A DNA stretch of 64,000 nt from Auanema rhodensis (taxonomy: Eukaryota; Animalia; Nematoda), in contig OZ059894.1 in NCBI GenBank assembly GCA_964057225.1, forward strand, positions 8,556,001-8,620,000, read 5' to 3'. Below, one piece after another: positions 23,001-32,100 of this stretch. A program made the translations under genes and the position numbers. The notes under the pieces are model-generated. The model saw nothing but the letters and a program-made list of their open reading frames with translations, searched no databases and was not told the origin of the DNA. Numbering within the stretch: position 1 is the first letter of the stretch; each line of letters begins with the position of its first letter.

Positions 23001-25054
23001 AGTTTGTATCTATCCATACCTATCAGTATATCCGGAGTAAATGATTCTCCGTTTGTTTTTGGATTGGCTAATTTAATTTTTCTTCTTTGTATGAATTTTA
23101 AGTCTTCATTAGATAGTTTAGGACACCGTATAGGTGTGGTTAACATGGGTTTTGTGAACAGTTTTGTTACGATAAGGGATCCAGTTGAGGTTCCAATAAT
23201 TACCTTAACATCTTCAACTTCATGTGTTTCTGATAATGCTCCAATGCCGTAAAAGGTTCTCTTCTGAGAACCAAGAATGGGCAGTCCTAATCTTGTAGAT
23301 AGGTCCTTGGATATAAAAGATCTCATGGATCCTTCATCTATGAGCATGCGTACTTGCTCATATTTTTTACTATTGTGGTTGTATATGTTCGCCATTGCTG
23401 TTCGTAATATTACTTGACTTTCTTCAATATTATGTGTGTCAGCAATGTGATTAAGCGATACTGGTGCATTAAGTGCCTCAGTAGGGATTCGATTATTAGT
23501 GTCAGATTCTTGTTTATATTCTGTTGTTTTTTTATTCAATAATTCTTCTGTGGTGATCAGTAAAGCCTGATCTTTTTTAATTGTGGGAGTTTCTTTATCT
23601 TTTTGGATATTTTGTACACTTTTTCTTCCTTGTGAGCACAAGGCGGAATTATGATCTCCTTGGCAATTGCGACATTTTTGTTTTCTGCATTCCGAACTTT
23701 TGTGTTTATCGGAAAAGCAAATCCAACAGATGGCCCTTCCGCGAATGCGGTACCTTCTTTTCTCTGGTGTTTCAAATGTGGTGCATTGATAAAAACGATG
23801 CTCGGATGAGTCGCAAAAGACACATGGCCAAGTTTGGGTTTTCCGTTGTTCTGCAGTGCTGTCTTTATGTGAAACAGATGTGACATTGTCTTTGTGATTT
23901 CGAAACTTTTGTTCATGACTATTTCTTGTTTGTTCTTTTAGAAAAAAGGAATAGATTTTGTGGTCTACAGCTGTCAGCATTTCTTTAGTAGAATGGTAGT
24001 TGTTTGGATGAATTAGAATGTCTTCCACGATGTGGTATGGGAATTTGTTGAGAATCATCGCGGTACACATTTCGCGGGATACTGTAGCTCCGGCTGCTTC
24101 AATTTGCCTGATAAGTGCCTTGGTTTCTCCAAATGTTTCTTTGCATGCTTTTGCATTATTGCTTGCAAATTTCAAATTACGTAGTTGTGTCAAAAGAGAG
24201 TTGATATCCGACGAATAGTCTCCAAATTCAGAAACTAATGCTTCACGCATAAGCTCATAATTTTGAGCAGAGGGTTCTATTCCTCTGATTGCTATTTGTG
24301 AATCGCCTTTGAGGCTTTCACAGAGTAGGTTTACCTTTTCTAAGGTTGTAAACTGTTCATTATCATGAACAAGTCTATCAAAACGGCCCCAGAATGATTT
24401 GAAGTTCTCTGGTTTGCCATCAAATGTAGGTAGCGACATCGCTGGTTTTTGGATACTAGTTTGTTGGATGTGTAGGAATGACTTGATAATTTCCAGAAAT
24501 TGATCATTCGATTTGTTTTCTGTTTCATTGTTTTCTGTTGAGCGATTGCTGTTGTGCTCAGATTCATTCTTATGAAGCGTTTTCCTCAGCTTTCTAAGTA
24601 TGCGTTCGGCTTTCATGATGTGTTCGTCAAGCTCAATAATGGCGTTTTGAACCTTTTTAATGTTGGGTTCAAAGTCTTCATCGGATGTGAAGGCGATGTA
24701 CTGTTCGTCTAATGCTTTACGAAGCGTTTTGTCTGATGCTTCGTAAAATTTTTGGAATTTTTTCTCGTTATCTTGATGATTTTTCAACGATTCTTTGAAT
24801 TGGTGTTGGACTTTTGTCCAGCGAATGATAAGGCAAGAGAGGGTTTCCTCTTCTTCCTCAGTGTGGAAGTCGCAATCTACCAGAATACCAGGAAGGTCCT
24901 TCACTTCCATCTCGTATCGTGTAAGTAATTCTCCGAGAAACTGGTTAGACTGTTTGATATGATTGACAAAAAGGAGTGACATTTTTGTCGTAGATGTAGG
25001 AATAACGCTTATATTCCTTTTACTTTCTCTTTTTTTTGTTTGTTTGGTGATCAC
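17051..25054 (-). CDS. BEL/Pao Gag-PR-RT-RNaseH-IN-Env polyprotein (likely ATG start at 24982)
   Basis: LPTFDG (DUF1759-like), three zinc knuckles, LIDEGS protease, YVDN RT, FADAS RNase H, HHCC + DLMGP/SDCAGNF/WERLV integrase, DUF5641-like tail, Cys-rich Gc-like ectodomain with TM. Confidence 0.95.
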   Translation of the reverse strand: MITKQTKKRESKRNISVIPTSTTKMSLLFVNHIKQSNQFLGELLTRYEMEVKDLPGILVDCDFHTEEEEETLSCLIIRWTKVQHQFKESLKNHQDNEKKFQKFYEASDKTLRKALDEQYIAFTSDEDFEPNIKKVQNAIIELDEHIMKAERILRKLRKTLHKNESEHNSNRSTENNETENKSNDQFLEIIKSFLHIQQTSIQKPAMSLPTFDGKPENFKSFWGRFDRLVHDNEQFTTLEKVNLLCESLKGDSQIAIRGIEPSAQNYELMREALVSEFGDYSSDINSLLTQLRNLKFASNNAKACKETFGETKALIRQIEAAGATVSREMCTAMILNKFPYHIVEDILIHPNNYHSTKEMLTAVDHKIYSFFLKEQTRNSHEQKFRNHKDNVTSVSHKDSTAEQRKTQTWPCVFCDSSEHRFYQCTTFETPEKRRYRIRGRAICWICFSDKHKSSECRKQKCRNCQGDHNSALCSQGRKSVQNIQKDKETPTIKKDQALLITTEELLNKKTTEYKQESDTNNRIPTEALNAPVSLNHIADTHNIEESQVILRTAMANIYNHNSKKYEQVRMLIDEGSMRSFISKDLSTRLGLPILGSQKRTFYGIGALSETHEVEDVKVIIGTSTGSLIVTKLFTKPMLTTPIRCPKLSNEDLKFIQRRKIKLANPKTNGESFTPDILIGMDRYKLFMHLNEETELPSRMRLKNSVFGHMIHGEAPLPDDNTQQEVILCSTLEEITKETSHKELLTNLFELDSIGINTENANADRTIDYYEEYSKDIKIENNRIIAPFPLKNNFKNLKNNKMPAYHRFVSLWRKLLHNPEMLSHYTTTIESYLKDNIVEQIPNNHQEPLEFYMPHHGVWKPSKANPLRIVFDASAKQKDSPSLNEIIHTGRSFITYIHDIMISCRTRPIIITCDIKAAFLQVQLTENHKNLCKFFWIKNKEYPISHNNIITLRFNRLPFGITASPSVLNMGIKWFLESKVDNPLAMEILHNLYVDNIILTANTTEEAIKKCKETQTLFSEINMHVREFLSNDEQVIQNLPEEDRYPNMTTKILGISFNKEHDSFIIPIKITTTHTSYTKRILLSQLHSIFDPIGLSAPILLPLKLILREIISTKLSWDQPIDSNSIKQWEQHITQINNKQLTMNRYFKFSEHETQLWVFADASNQAMAACSYFQTNGKISSLLNGKSRIAPKNKTTIPRLELLAIRLAVRMALSIVTICPKIAKVNIVSDSNIALSWIVSQKSLPLFINNQTNTIKKQLKQIEQICCNIELYHVQTSFNTADIGSRGADMEKLQVSDWIEGPHWLTKLSVHNPLTSLGSPNNSSRNNAELKSEHHNVVHIIIDNPPTHDIWNIRENYDDVIKTMTTVGKLFKKWFFTVHPNDANKLQKIKHLTSTDTHTVEDINIIEKILISNSQSNMSLDDLQQRHINLKFFKDTWDIYRVRSRLQNTLLPEETKNPIFLLKTNPIVKKLINKIHKDNNHQGKHFTLIQLRQKFYIPKITGVIKQTLKNCVTCKRFQSHPYELPDMPSLPKDRTILTRAFFSTGCDLMGPFTLRNGSKVHICLFTCMTTRAIHLEVVTNQSTVAFMNAFTRFISRRGTPEIMRSDCAGNFILSSKILETLEKTSDYNERSLLNTLAQQKIKWIYNTPLSPWKGGCWERLVGVTKASLKKCFIPSRMSLDDLHTAIVKIEAIINTRPLTHPHPDNLDTLPIRPIDFLTSAIKFSLPENNADTHIFDIHSDIQTIQSTEQALEALQLSEDSASKFWKRFQEEYLTSLKDIFKHKHHRKNHTNIFPQPDEIVLIQNDMLPRGTWKLGRIIETITSSDGNIRSAKVATSNGNIITRSINQLYPLEIRCNTSNNKIIEDNSHIVQENNSSTDRIPHTDTVLDNIHSDHPIEHTDETIHENNNINDSNHNYDIAYESDNSQHDNTYTPETENNEDATNDRPQNKTKLSSVKTAKYTEQDEVTEKENIKAFPLKMSYATHQRKNKINPKIAADIMKALSLPIIITSTYAEEINSCKDSNMFTTKLIANPHCSPEMATWTVIITIMAVTLIVSCLCRMGYSQYRYKTWSRNTQTMLNIMKLKHKTISEQEDHETDQKITEDHNDTLQLKQTNTQDANIVDHETFQKHIYPILNHTRKPPKFSLFTRGSQTSLPSLLAIILALCIGSCSSCSDVHVQHFVNIRCDDNLACYHEYSQDIIFSPGTKQLCITITHSNHEIGQFKITKLYTEHVCQKNTRYFTRQTTVNILSILRCRHRGSCDGTCETNSLHNKIEELQPYTFPSQSGCFTSSARFYTCPMIWTDPCLFYKIEHIPVTEEVYEVYTCDSWSTQTVFNIETTLLQQKNNYNITLQPYTKNREQLFNITTLSQSQPPPEMYTKLFFSSKENTYITDIHTKGIIQCATEEAALKHFNNCTVSSFCPCTFNRFDEIKCRCDTPTFEKMSNTSDIKSPNQNFKTKDNTLSFSTNLDENLVTVDSSLFLNSVIFSNNLPCAPALTKLSGCYSCGQGAFAEFQCLTAEETWISIECQKEVFMIKCSPKVAITKVTMKRENSQIDELCYTTCDNKKIKIIIKGILHHIASIDEINESDSSKGTESKSIDFAPIFKLILSKLGIILIGVAITATIGYVACTPIMYCVVLNTVLTTQWIATRIFTLWIKSKALFRDQRF

Positions 25055-25243
25055 AGTATATGTGATAGTGAATCTCTGTTTCTGTCTGCAGAGTTTGCTT
25101 ATGGTTCAAGTCTTTTTGGTGTGACTTGACGTGGACTAATGGTTGCCACGATTTCTATTAAGTATGTTTTTTGCTCAAACACGCTTGGTTTGAGCTGTAT
25201 CTCACCTGCCACGCGGGACTTGAAGCGGCTAAGATCTGAACTA

Positions 25244-25255
25244 GCCGATGCACCA
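25244..25255 (-). promoter_or_regulatory. Primer binding site, tRNA-Gly(GCC)
   Basis: TGGTGCATCGGC, 3 nt after the 5' LTR. Confidence 0.88.
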
Positions 25256-25258
25256 ATT

Positions 25259-25609
25259 TGTGGCGATCTACCACAAGTGTATAGTATGGTTGGAAGTAAA
25301 ACACAAATTGAATATGTAGAAAAGGGTTTATTGATGAATTAACAAGACAAGCACGGAATAAAATCACTGACTGCGAACGTTGAAAAAGTAAGACTGATCT
25401 CTTCTCGTGGGCGGTCGTCAGCCTGAAACAAAGAGTTAGTCATGCCACATGTATAACACAACATGTGGTATGGATAAAAATTACTTAGGAAGTTACAAGA
25501 AAGAAGAAAGAGGAGAGAGAGAGAGAGAGAGAGAGGGAGAGAACAGGAGAGACAAATAAAACAATTGTTGAAGATAAAATTTATACAAACTCACTCGCTT
25601 ATCGCGACA
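25259..25609 (-). repeat. BEL 5' LTR
   Basis: TGTCGCGA...GCCACA; repeat of 15861-16211. Confidence 0.95.
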
Positions 25610-26399
25610 TATTATAAATTAACAATTTCACAAAATCTCTCTTATTTTTTGAAAATTACTTCTAAACTTTATGGCCGAATGGTCTAGGGGTATGATTCTC
25701 GCTTCGGGTGCGAGAGGTCCCGGGTTCAATTCCCGGTTCGGCCCAATTTTTTGATTTGATAACTCAAATCGAAGTATTAATGATTCTGATTCATAATCTA
25801 ATCATCACGCTTTGTCCTTTTTTGTAAAAAAATGACTTAAGAAGTTGAAGAATATATTATATTCCCACAATTTCACGAAAACTCTCCTATTTTTTGAAAA
25901 TTACTTCTAAACTTTATGGCCGAATGGTCTAGGGGTATGATTCTCGCTTCGGGTGCGAGAGGTCCCGGGTTCAATTCCCGGTTCGGCCCAATTTTTTGAT
26001 TTGATAACTCAAATCGAAGTATTAATGATTCTGATTCATTATCAAATCATCACGCTTTGTCCTGTCTTGTAAAAAAATGACTAAACAAGTTAAAGAATAT
26101 ATTATATTCCCACAATTTCACGAAAACTCTCCTATTTTTTGAAAATTACTTCTAAACTTTATGGCCGAATGGTCTAGGGGTATGATTCTCGCTTCGGGTG
26201 CGAGAGGTCCCGGGTTCAATTCCCGGTTCGGCCCAATTTTTTGATTTGTTAACTGAAATCGAAGTATTATTGATTCTCATTCATAATGTAATCATCAAGC
26301 TTTGTCATGTTCAAAAATGACTAAACAAGTTAAAGAATATATTATAAATTAACAATTTCACAAAATCTCTCTTATTTTTTGAAAATTACTTCTAAACTT
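25610..26399 (+). repeat. tRNA-Pro(CGG) array block (3 copies)
   Basis: Starts at 25673, 25918, 26163; matches units at 10708-11198. Confidence 0.96.
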
Positions 26400-27107
26400 C
26401 GTTCCGTTATGCTCCCGCGTCGATCTTACAGACCAATGGAGTCTACAAGATGAGCGTGGTAGTATTCCAGATGTAGCGTTTAAACATGGAGCATAAGGAT
26501 AAACATAAGACTCGAGAAAGATTGGTTTATTATATCTACGTGATTACAATAAGATACATATAACTAAGTAATCAGTATCTGGAAAGAATTAAAAAAATTT
26601 TTAACCAAATTATGAAAGTTTTAACCCTCTTTAACGAATACTAGACTATGTTTTATTGGCGAACGTGCTTATAAAATAATAAAAACAAGTTTTTAAGCAT
26701 AACGCTCTAACAAGTGTAGACAAAAAGTTAACTATTTTTTTTTGCTAGAGTTTGGTTGTTTGTTTCAATTTGTGTGAGTTGAGAAAAAAAATAGAAAAGT
26801 TTTGCGTAATACCAAATAACTTCTAAATTGAGTCATTGATTACTCAAGTGAAGACTGTTGCTCAGATATTGTTGCAAACTATGTCTTTCATTTTTCGTCT
26901 CATCTAGTATGGGGAAGTTAGTTGAAATTAGGAAGGTTCGAACTATATGATAAAGAATTATCTTCTCACATTTCCCGTGTTCATTATGCTCTAGTTTACT
27001 TTTTGACTTAAGAGTGACTTGTTTTAGAGGACTCGTTATAAAATTTGTGTTCTAGTATTACTTTAAAGAAAGTTATTACAAAACAATTTACAATAAAATC
27101 TCATGAG

Positions 27108-28166
27108 TTAATGGTTTTTTCTTGATGGTAGCCAATTTGTATCCGAAAGGTCTTCTGGTTCGTCATAAGAGTCTTCATCGTTGTTGTTTCCGTTGATAAC
27201 CTCTATGATTTCGATATCGCTGTCATCGTCTGAGCTGTCTGTATGTGTACTGGGCTTATGTGCGATTCCGTCATCTGTTTCTCGATTAAATAATTTGAGA
27301 TTGTCCTTGTGAACGTCTTGGATCTTTCCGAAAAGGTTTTTGATTTGAACCATGTTTCCCTTCACATTAATAACTTCAAATGATCCATCATAAGCTTTCC
27401 GAAGCTTTTGTCCTGGCTTGTGCATTTTCACAGCTAACATAACGCAGTCTCCTTCTTGTATATCTCTTTCGTGAGTGCGTAATCGAGCATCATGTTTCTT
27501 TTTTGCTAATTCTTGATGCTTTTCCAAATTTTCTTGAATGATTGTTTTCTGTTTGCTTCGGATTTTCTCAATATTTTCAATCTCCTTTGAAATTTCCTTT
27601 GGTTCAGTTGTTTCGGGGTATAAATCTTTATCCAATCTCAAACGGCTTTCTTCCCCGAATAGTACAACGTATGGTGATATTCCTGTGGTTGCATGCGTTG
27701 TGGTGTTCAATGCAAAGGTAATTTTTGGCAAAAACATGTCCCAATCAATTGTCAATTCCCCTTGCGTGGTGTTTTGAAGGTTAATAAGTGCAGGGTCTTG
27801 ATTATATTCAGGGCAGAGCTTCGATGTTAGTGCTCTAATCAGATCATTCCACGAACCAGTTGTTTTAAGTTGTTTAGGAACTTGTCTGTAAGCTTCTTCT
27901 GCTGCTTCATTTTTGAGAAGCAAAGGAAGAAGTGCTAACCTTTTAGGGATAACAAGGCCAATGGCATTAGCAAACAAGTTGAATTTACCCGTAAAATCAC
28001 GGAAGTTACGACTGCCGTCGTAAGTTGGACAGTAAGGCGAAAGTAAGGCTTGCGCGATTGTTGTTTTCCCTGCCCCAGGTAGTGAGGAAACAGCTTCCGT
28101 CATGATGTTATTCGTACGGGTAGATGGTATTTTGATCGTTCTACCTGTTATTGGTGGGGTCTCCAA
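27108..28166 (-). CDS. Gag-integrase CTD fusion ORF, copy 2 (352 aa)
   Basis: Protein identical to 12143-13201. Confidence 0.7.
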   Translation of the reverse strand: METPPITGRTIKIPSTRTNNIMTEAVSSLPGAGKTTIAQALLSPYCPTYDGSRNFRDFTGKFNLFANAIGLVIPKRLALLPLLLKNEAAEEAYRQVPKQLKTTGSWNDLIRALTSKLCPEYNQDPALINLQNTTQGELTIDWDMFLPKITFALNTTTHATTGISPYVVLFGEESRLRLDKDLYPETTEPKEISKEIENIEKIRSKQKTIIQENLEKHQELAKKKHDARLRTHERDIQEGDCVMLAVKMHKPGQKLRKAYDGSFEVINVKGNMVQIKNLFGKIQDVHKDNLKLFNRETDDGIAHKPSTHTDSSDDDSDIEIIEVINGNNNDEDSYDEPEDLSDTNWLPSRKNH

Positions 28167-28231
28167 AATAGGGGTTGTTTGCGTGGATGGAATAGATCTA
28201 TTGGGTGCCTTAGGAAGTGAGTCTGTTGTTG

Positions 28232-28789
28232 TTAAGATGGGAGTAGAAGTTTGATGAATACTGGTATTTGGCGCAGGCTTGGTGAGATATTAATGTTAGG
28301 GACTGATGAATATCTGCTTTTGCGCTTGGTGTTGAAAGTTTTATCTTTAGGCGAAAGGTTAAAAAGATCAGTAACAATGTTTCTAAGAGAACTAAGCCCA
28401 CCCGCGCTAGAAGTTTTTGAAAGTAAAGGGGAATCGGTTGGTTCGGTTAATGAGAGAGACTGAGAAGCGTCGCTGATGTTTTGATTTTTCTTATTTTTAT
28501 TACAATTAGAGGAGCATACCTTTTTAGGAGTGATCGGTGTTTGTTCCTCCACAATGATTGATAGTTCTTCTTCTATAGTAGGTACGTAGTCCGGGTCGCC
28601 TAGTTGTTCAGTAGGTGAGACAGAATCAGTAGTAGGAATAAGGAAATTATCCGGCTTCTTGTCGACTTTCTGCTCCTCTTCTAATATAGCGACCTCTTGA
28701 GCTCGAGCTCGACTTCTGGTAAAGGGAGCTGAGTCTTGGGAATCGAAATGCGTACTTATAGGTACGGCTGAATGGAATCTCTTAGCCAC
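28232..28789 (-). pseudogene. Probable Gag N-terminal segment, copy 2
   Basis: Identical to 13267-13824. Confidence 0.4.
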
Positions 28790-29174
28790 CTTGCTAGAAC
28801 TCTTGGTTTGAAAAAACCTTGAGTGCTTGGTAACGTGTGGGATGTTGAGACGTTAAAGAATGCGGTGAATAAGGATGAGGATGTAGGCAAAATGAGAAAG
28901 GCTTTGGAGAGCGACCGGTGTCGTATCGACAACTTGTGAGAATGAGGTCGATGCCTTGGCCAATGGCGATGGATCCGCCTTCTACTGTGTGATATCGGGA
29001 CTCTGGTGCTCTCCGTATTTTTCTCTGTAGTTGAAAATCTGATTCACAAAACATCTGGGGTGACCAAGCTGTTATTTTACAAAACGTTTAGTGTAATTCG
29101 TAATATTCGTTCAATTACAGCACATTTTACTGATTTGTATGCAACCATTTTCCTCATGCTGAACCATTTTCCTC

Positions 29175-32100
29175 ATGGTCTAGGAGTATGATTCTCGCTT
29201 CGGGTGCGAGAGGTCCCGGGTTCAATTCCCGGTTCGCCCCAATTTTTTTATTTGTTATCTCAAATCGAAGTATTATTGATTCTCATTCATAATGTATTCA
29301 TCACGCTTTGTCCTTTTTTGTAAAAAAATGACTAAACAAATTAAAGAATATATTATAAATTAACAATTTCACAAAATCTCTCCTATTTTTTGAAAATTAC
29401 TTCTAAACTTTATGGCCGAATGGTCTAGGGGTATGATTCTCGCTTCGGGTGCGAGAGGTCCCGGGTTCAATTCCCGGTTCGGCCCAATTTTTTGATTTGT
29501 TAACTGAAATCGAAGAATTAATGATTCTGATTCATTATCTAATCATCACGCTTTGTCCTTTCTTATAAAAAAATGACTAAACAAGTTAAAGAATAAATTA
29601 TAAATTAACAATTTCACAAAATCTCTCTTATTTTTTGAAAATTACTTCTAAACTTTATGGCCGAATGGTCTAGGGGTATGATTCTCGCTTCGGGTGCGAG
29701 AGGTCCCGGGTTCAATTCCCGGTTCGGCCCAATTTTTTGATTTGTTAACTGAAATCGAAGAATTAATGATTCTGATTCATTATCTAATCATCACGCTTTG
29801 TCCTTTCTTGTAAAAAAATGACTAAACAAGTTAAAGAATATATTATAAATTAACAATTTCACAAAATCCTTCTTATTTTTTGAAAATTACTTCTAAACTT
29901 TATGGCCGAATGGTCTAGGGGTATGATTCTCGCTTCGGGTGCGAGAGGTCCCGGGTTCAATTCCCGGTTCGGCCCAATTTTTTGATTTGTTATCTCAAAT
30001 CGAAGTATTAATGATTCTCATTCATAATGTAATCATCAAGCTTTGTCCTTTTTTGTAAAAAAATGACTAAACAAGTTAAAGAATATATTATATTCCCACA
30101 ATTTCACAAAAACTCTCCTATTTTTTGAAAATTACTTCTAAACTTTATGGCCGAATGGTCTAGGGGTATGATTCTCGCTTCGGGTGCGAGAGGTCCCGGG
30201 TTCAATTCCCGGTTCGGCCCAATTTTTTGATTTGTTATCTCAAATCGAAGTATTAATGATTCTCATTCATAATGTAATCATCAAGCTTTGTCCTTTTTTG
30301 TAAAAAAATGACTAAACAAGTTAAAGAATATATTATATTCCCACAATTTCACAAAAACTCTCCTATTTTTTGAAAATTACTTCTAAACTTTATGGCCGAA
30401 TGGTCTAGGGGTATGATTCTCGCTTCGGGTGCGAGAGGTCCCGGGTTCAATTCCCGGTTCGGCCCAATTTTTGATTTGATAACTGAATTCGAAGTGTTAT
30501 TGATTCTCATTCATACTGTAATCATCAAGCTTTGTCCTTTTTGTAAAAAAATGACTAAACAAGTTAAAGAATATATTATAAATTAACAATTCCACAAAAT
30601 CTCTCTTATTTTTGAAAATTACTTCTAAACTTTATGGCCGAATGGTCTAGGGGTATGATTCTCGCTTCGGGTGCGAGAGGTCCCGTGTTCAATTCCCGGT
30701 TCGGCCCAATTTTTGATTCGTTAACTGAAATCGAAGTATTAATGATTCTGATTCATTATCTAATCATCACGCTTTGTCCTTTCTTGTAAAAAAATGACTA
30801 AACAAGTTAAAGAATATATTATAAATTAACAATTTCACAAAATCTCTCTTATTTTTTGAAAATTACTTCTAAACTTTATGGCCGAATGGTCTAGGGGTAT
30901 GATTCTCGCTTCGGGTGCGAGAGGTCCCGGGTTCAATTCCCGGTTCGGCCCAATTTTTGATTTGATAACTGAAATCGAAGTATTAATGATTCTGATTCAT
31001 TATCTAATCTTCACGCTTTGTCCTTTCTTGTAAAAAAATGACTAAACAAGTTAAAGAATATATTATAAATTAACAATTTCACAAAATCTCTCTTATTTTT
31101 TGAAAATTACTTCTAAACTTTATGGCCGAATGGTCTAGGGGTATGATTCTCGCTTCGGGTGCGAGAGGTCCCGGGTTCAATTCCCGGTTCGGCCCAATTT
31201 TTTGATTTGTTAACTGAAATCGAAGAATTAATGATTCTGATTCATTATCTAATCATCACGCTTTGTCCTTTCTTGTAAAAAAATGACTAAACAAGTTAAA
31301 GAATATATTATAAATTAACAATTTCACAAAATCTCTCTTATTTTTTGAAAATTACTTCTAAACTTTATGGCCGAATGGTCTAGGGGTATGATTCTCGCTT
31401 CGGGTGCGAGAGGTCCAGGGTTCAATTCCCGGTTCGGCCCAATTTTTTGATTTGTTATCTCAAATCGAAGTATTAATGATTCTCATTCATAATGTAATCA
31501 TCAAGCTTTGTCCTTTTTTGTAAAAAAATGACTAAACAAGTTAAAGAATATATTATATTCCCACAATTTCACAAAAACTCTCCTATTTTTTGAAAATTAC
31601 TTCTAAACTTTATGGCCGAATGGTCTAGGGGTATGATTCTCGCTTCGGGTGCGAGAGGTCCCGGGTTCAATTCCCGGTTCGGCCCAATTTTTGATTTGAT
31701 AACTGAATTCGAAGTGTTATTGATTCTCATTCATACTGTAATCATCAAGCTTTGTCCTTTTTGTAAAAAAATGACTAAACAAGTTAAAGAATATATTATA
31801 AATTAACAATTTCACAAAATCCTTCTTATTTTTTGAAAATTACTTCTAAACTTTATGGCCGAATGGTCTAGGGGTATGATTCTCGCTTCGGGTGCGAGAG
31901 GTCCCGGGTTCAATTCCCGGTTCGGCCCAATTTTTTGATTTGTTATCTCAAATCGAAGTATTAATGATTCTCATTCATAATGTAATCATCAAGCTTTGTC
32001 CTTTTTGTAAAAAAATGACTAAACAAGTTAAAGAATATATTATAAATTAACAATTTCACAAAATCTCTCTTATTTTTGAAAATTACTTCTAAACTTTATG

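Larger units (their letters stand above)
15861..25609 (-). mobile_element. Full-length BEL/Pao (Belpaoviridae) LTR retroelement with phlebovirus-like env
   Basis: 351-bp LTRs (TG...CA) identical by eye, 5-bp TSD TATTA (15856-15860, 25610-25614), PBS, PPT-like GCCGGGAG, intact polyprotein. Confidence 0.96.
26400..29174 (-). mobile_element. 5'-truncated gypsy derivative, copy 2
   Basis: Near-identical to 11435-14209 at offset 14965, with the same junctions. Confidence 0.88.

Noticed and set aside
17097-24567. Short antisense and alternate-frame ORFs overlapping the BEL polyprotein (and those in the envelope ORFs)
   Set aside because: Shadow ORFs with no recognisable motifs
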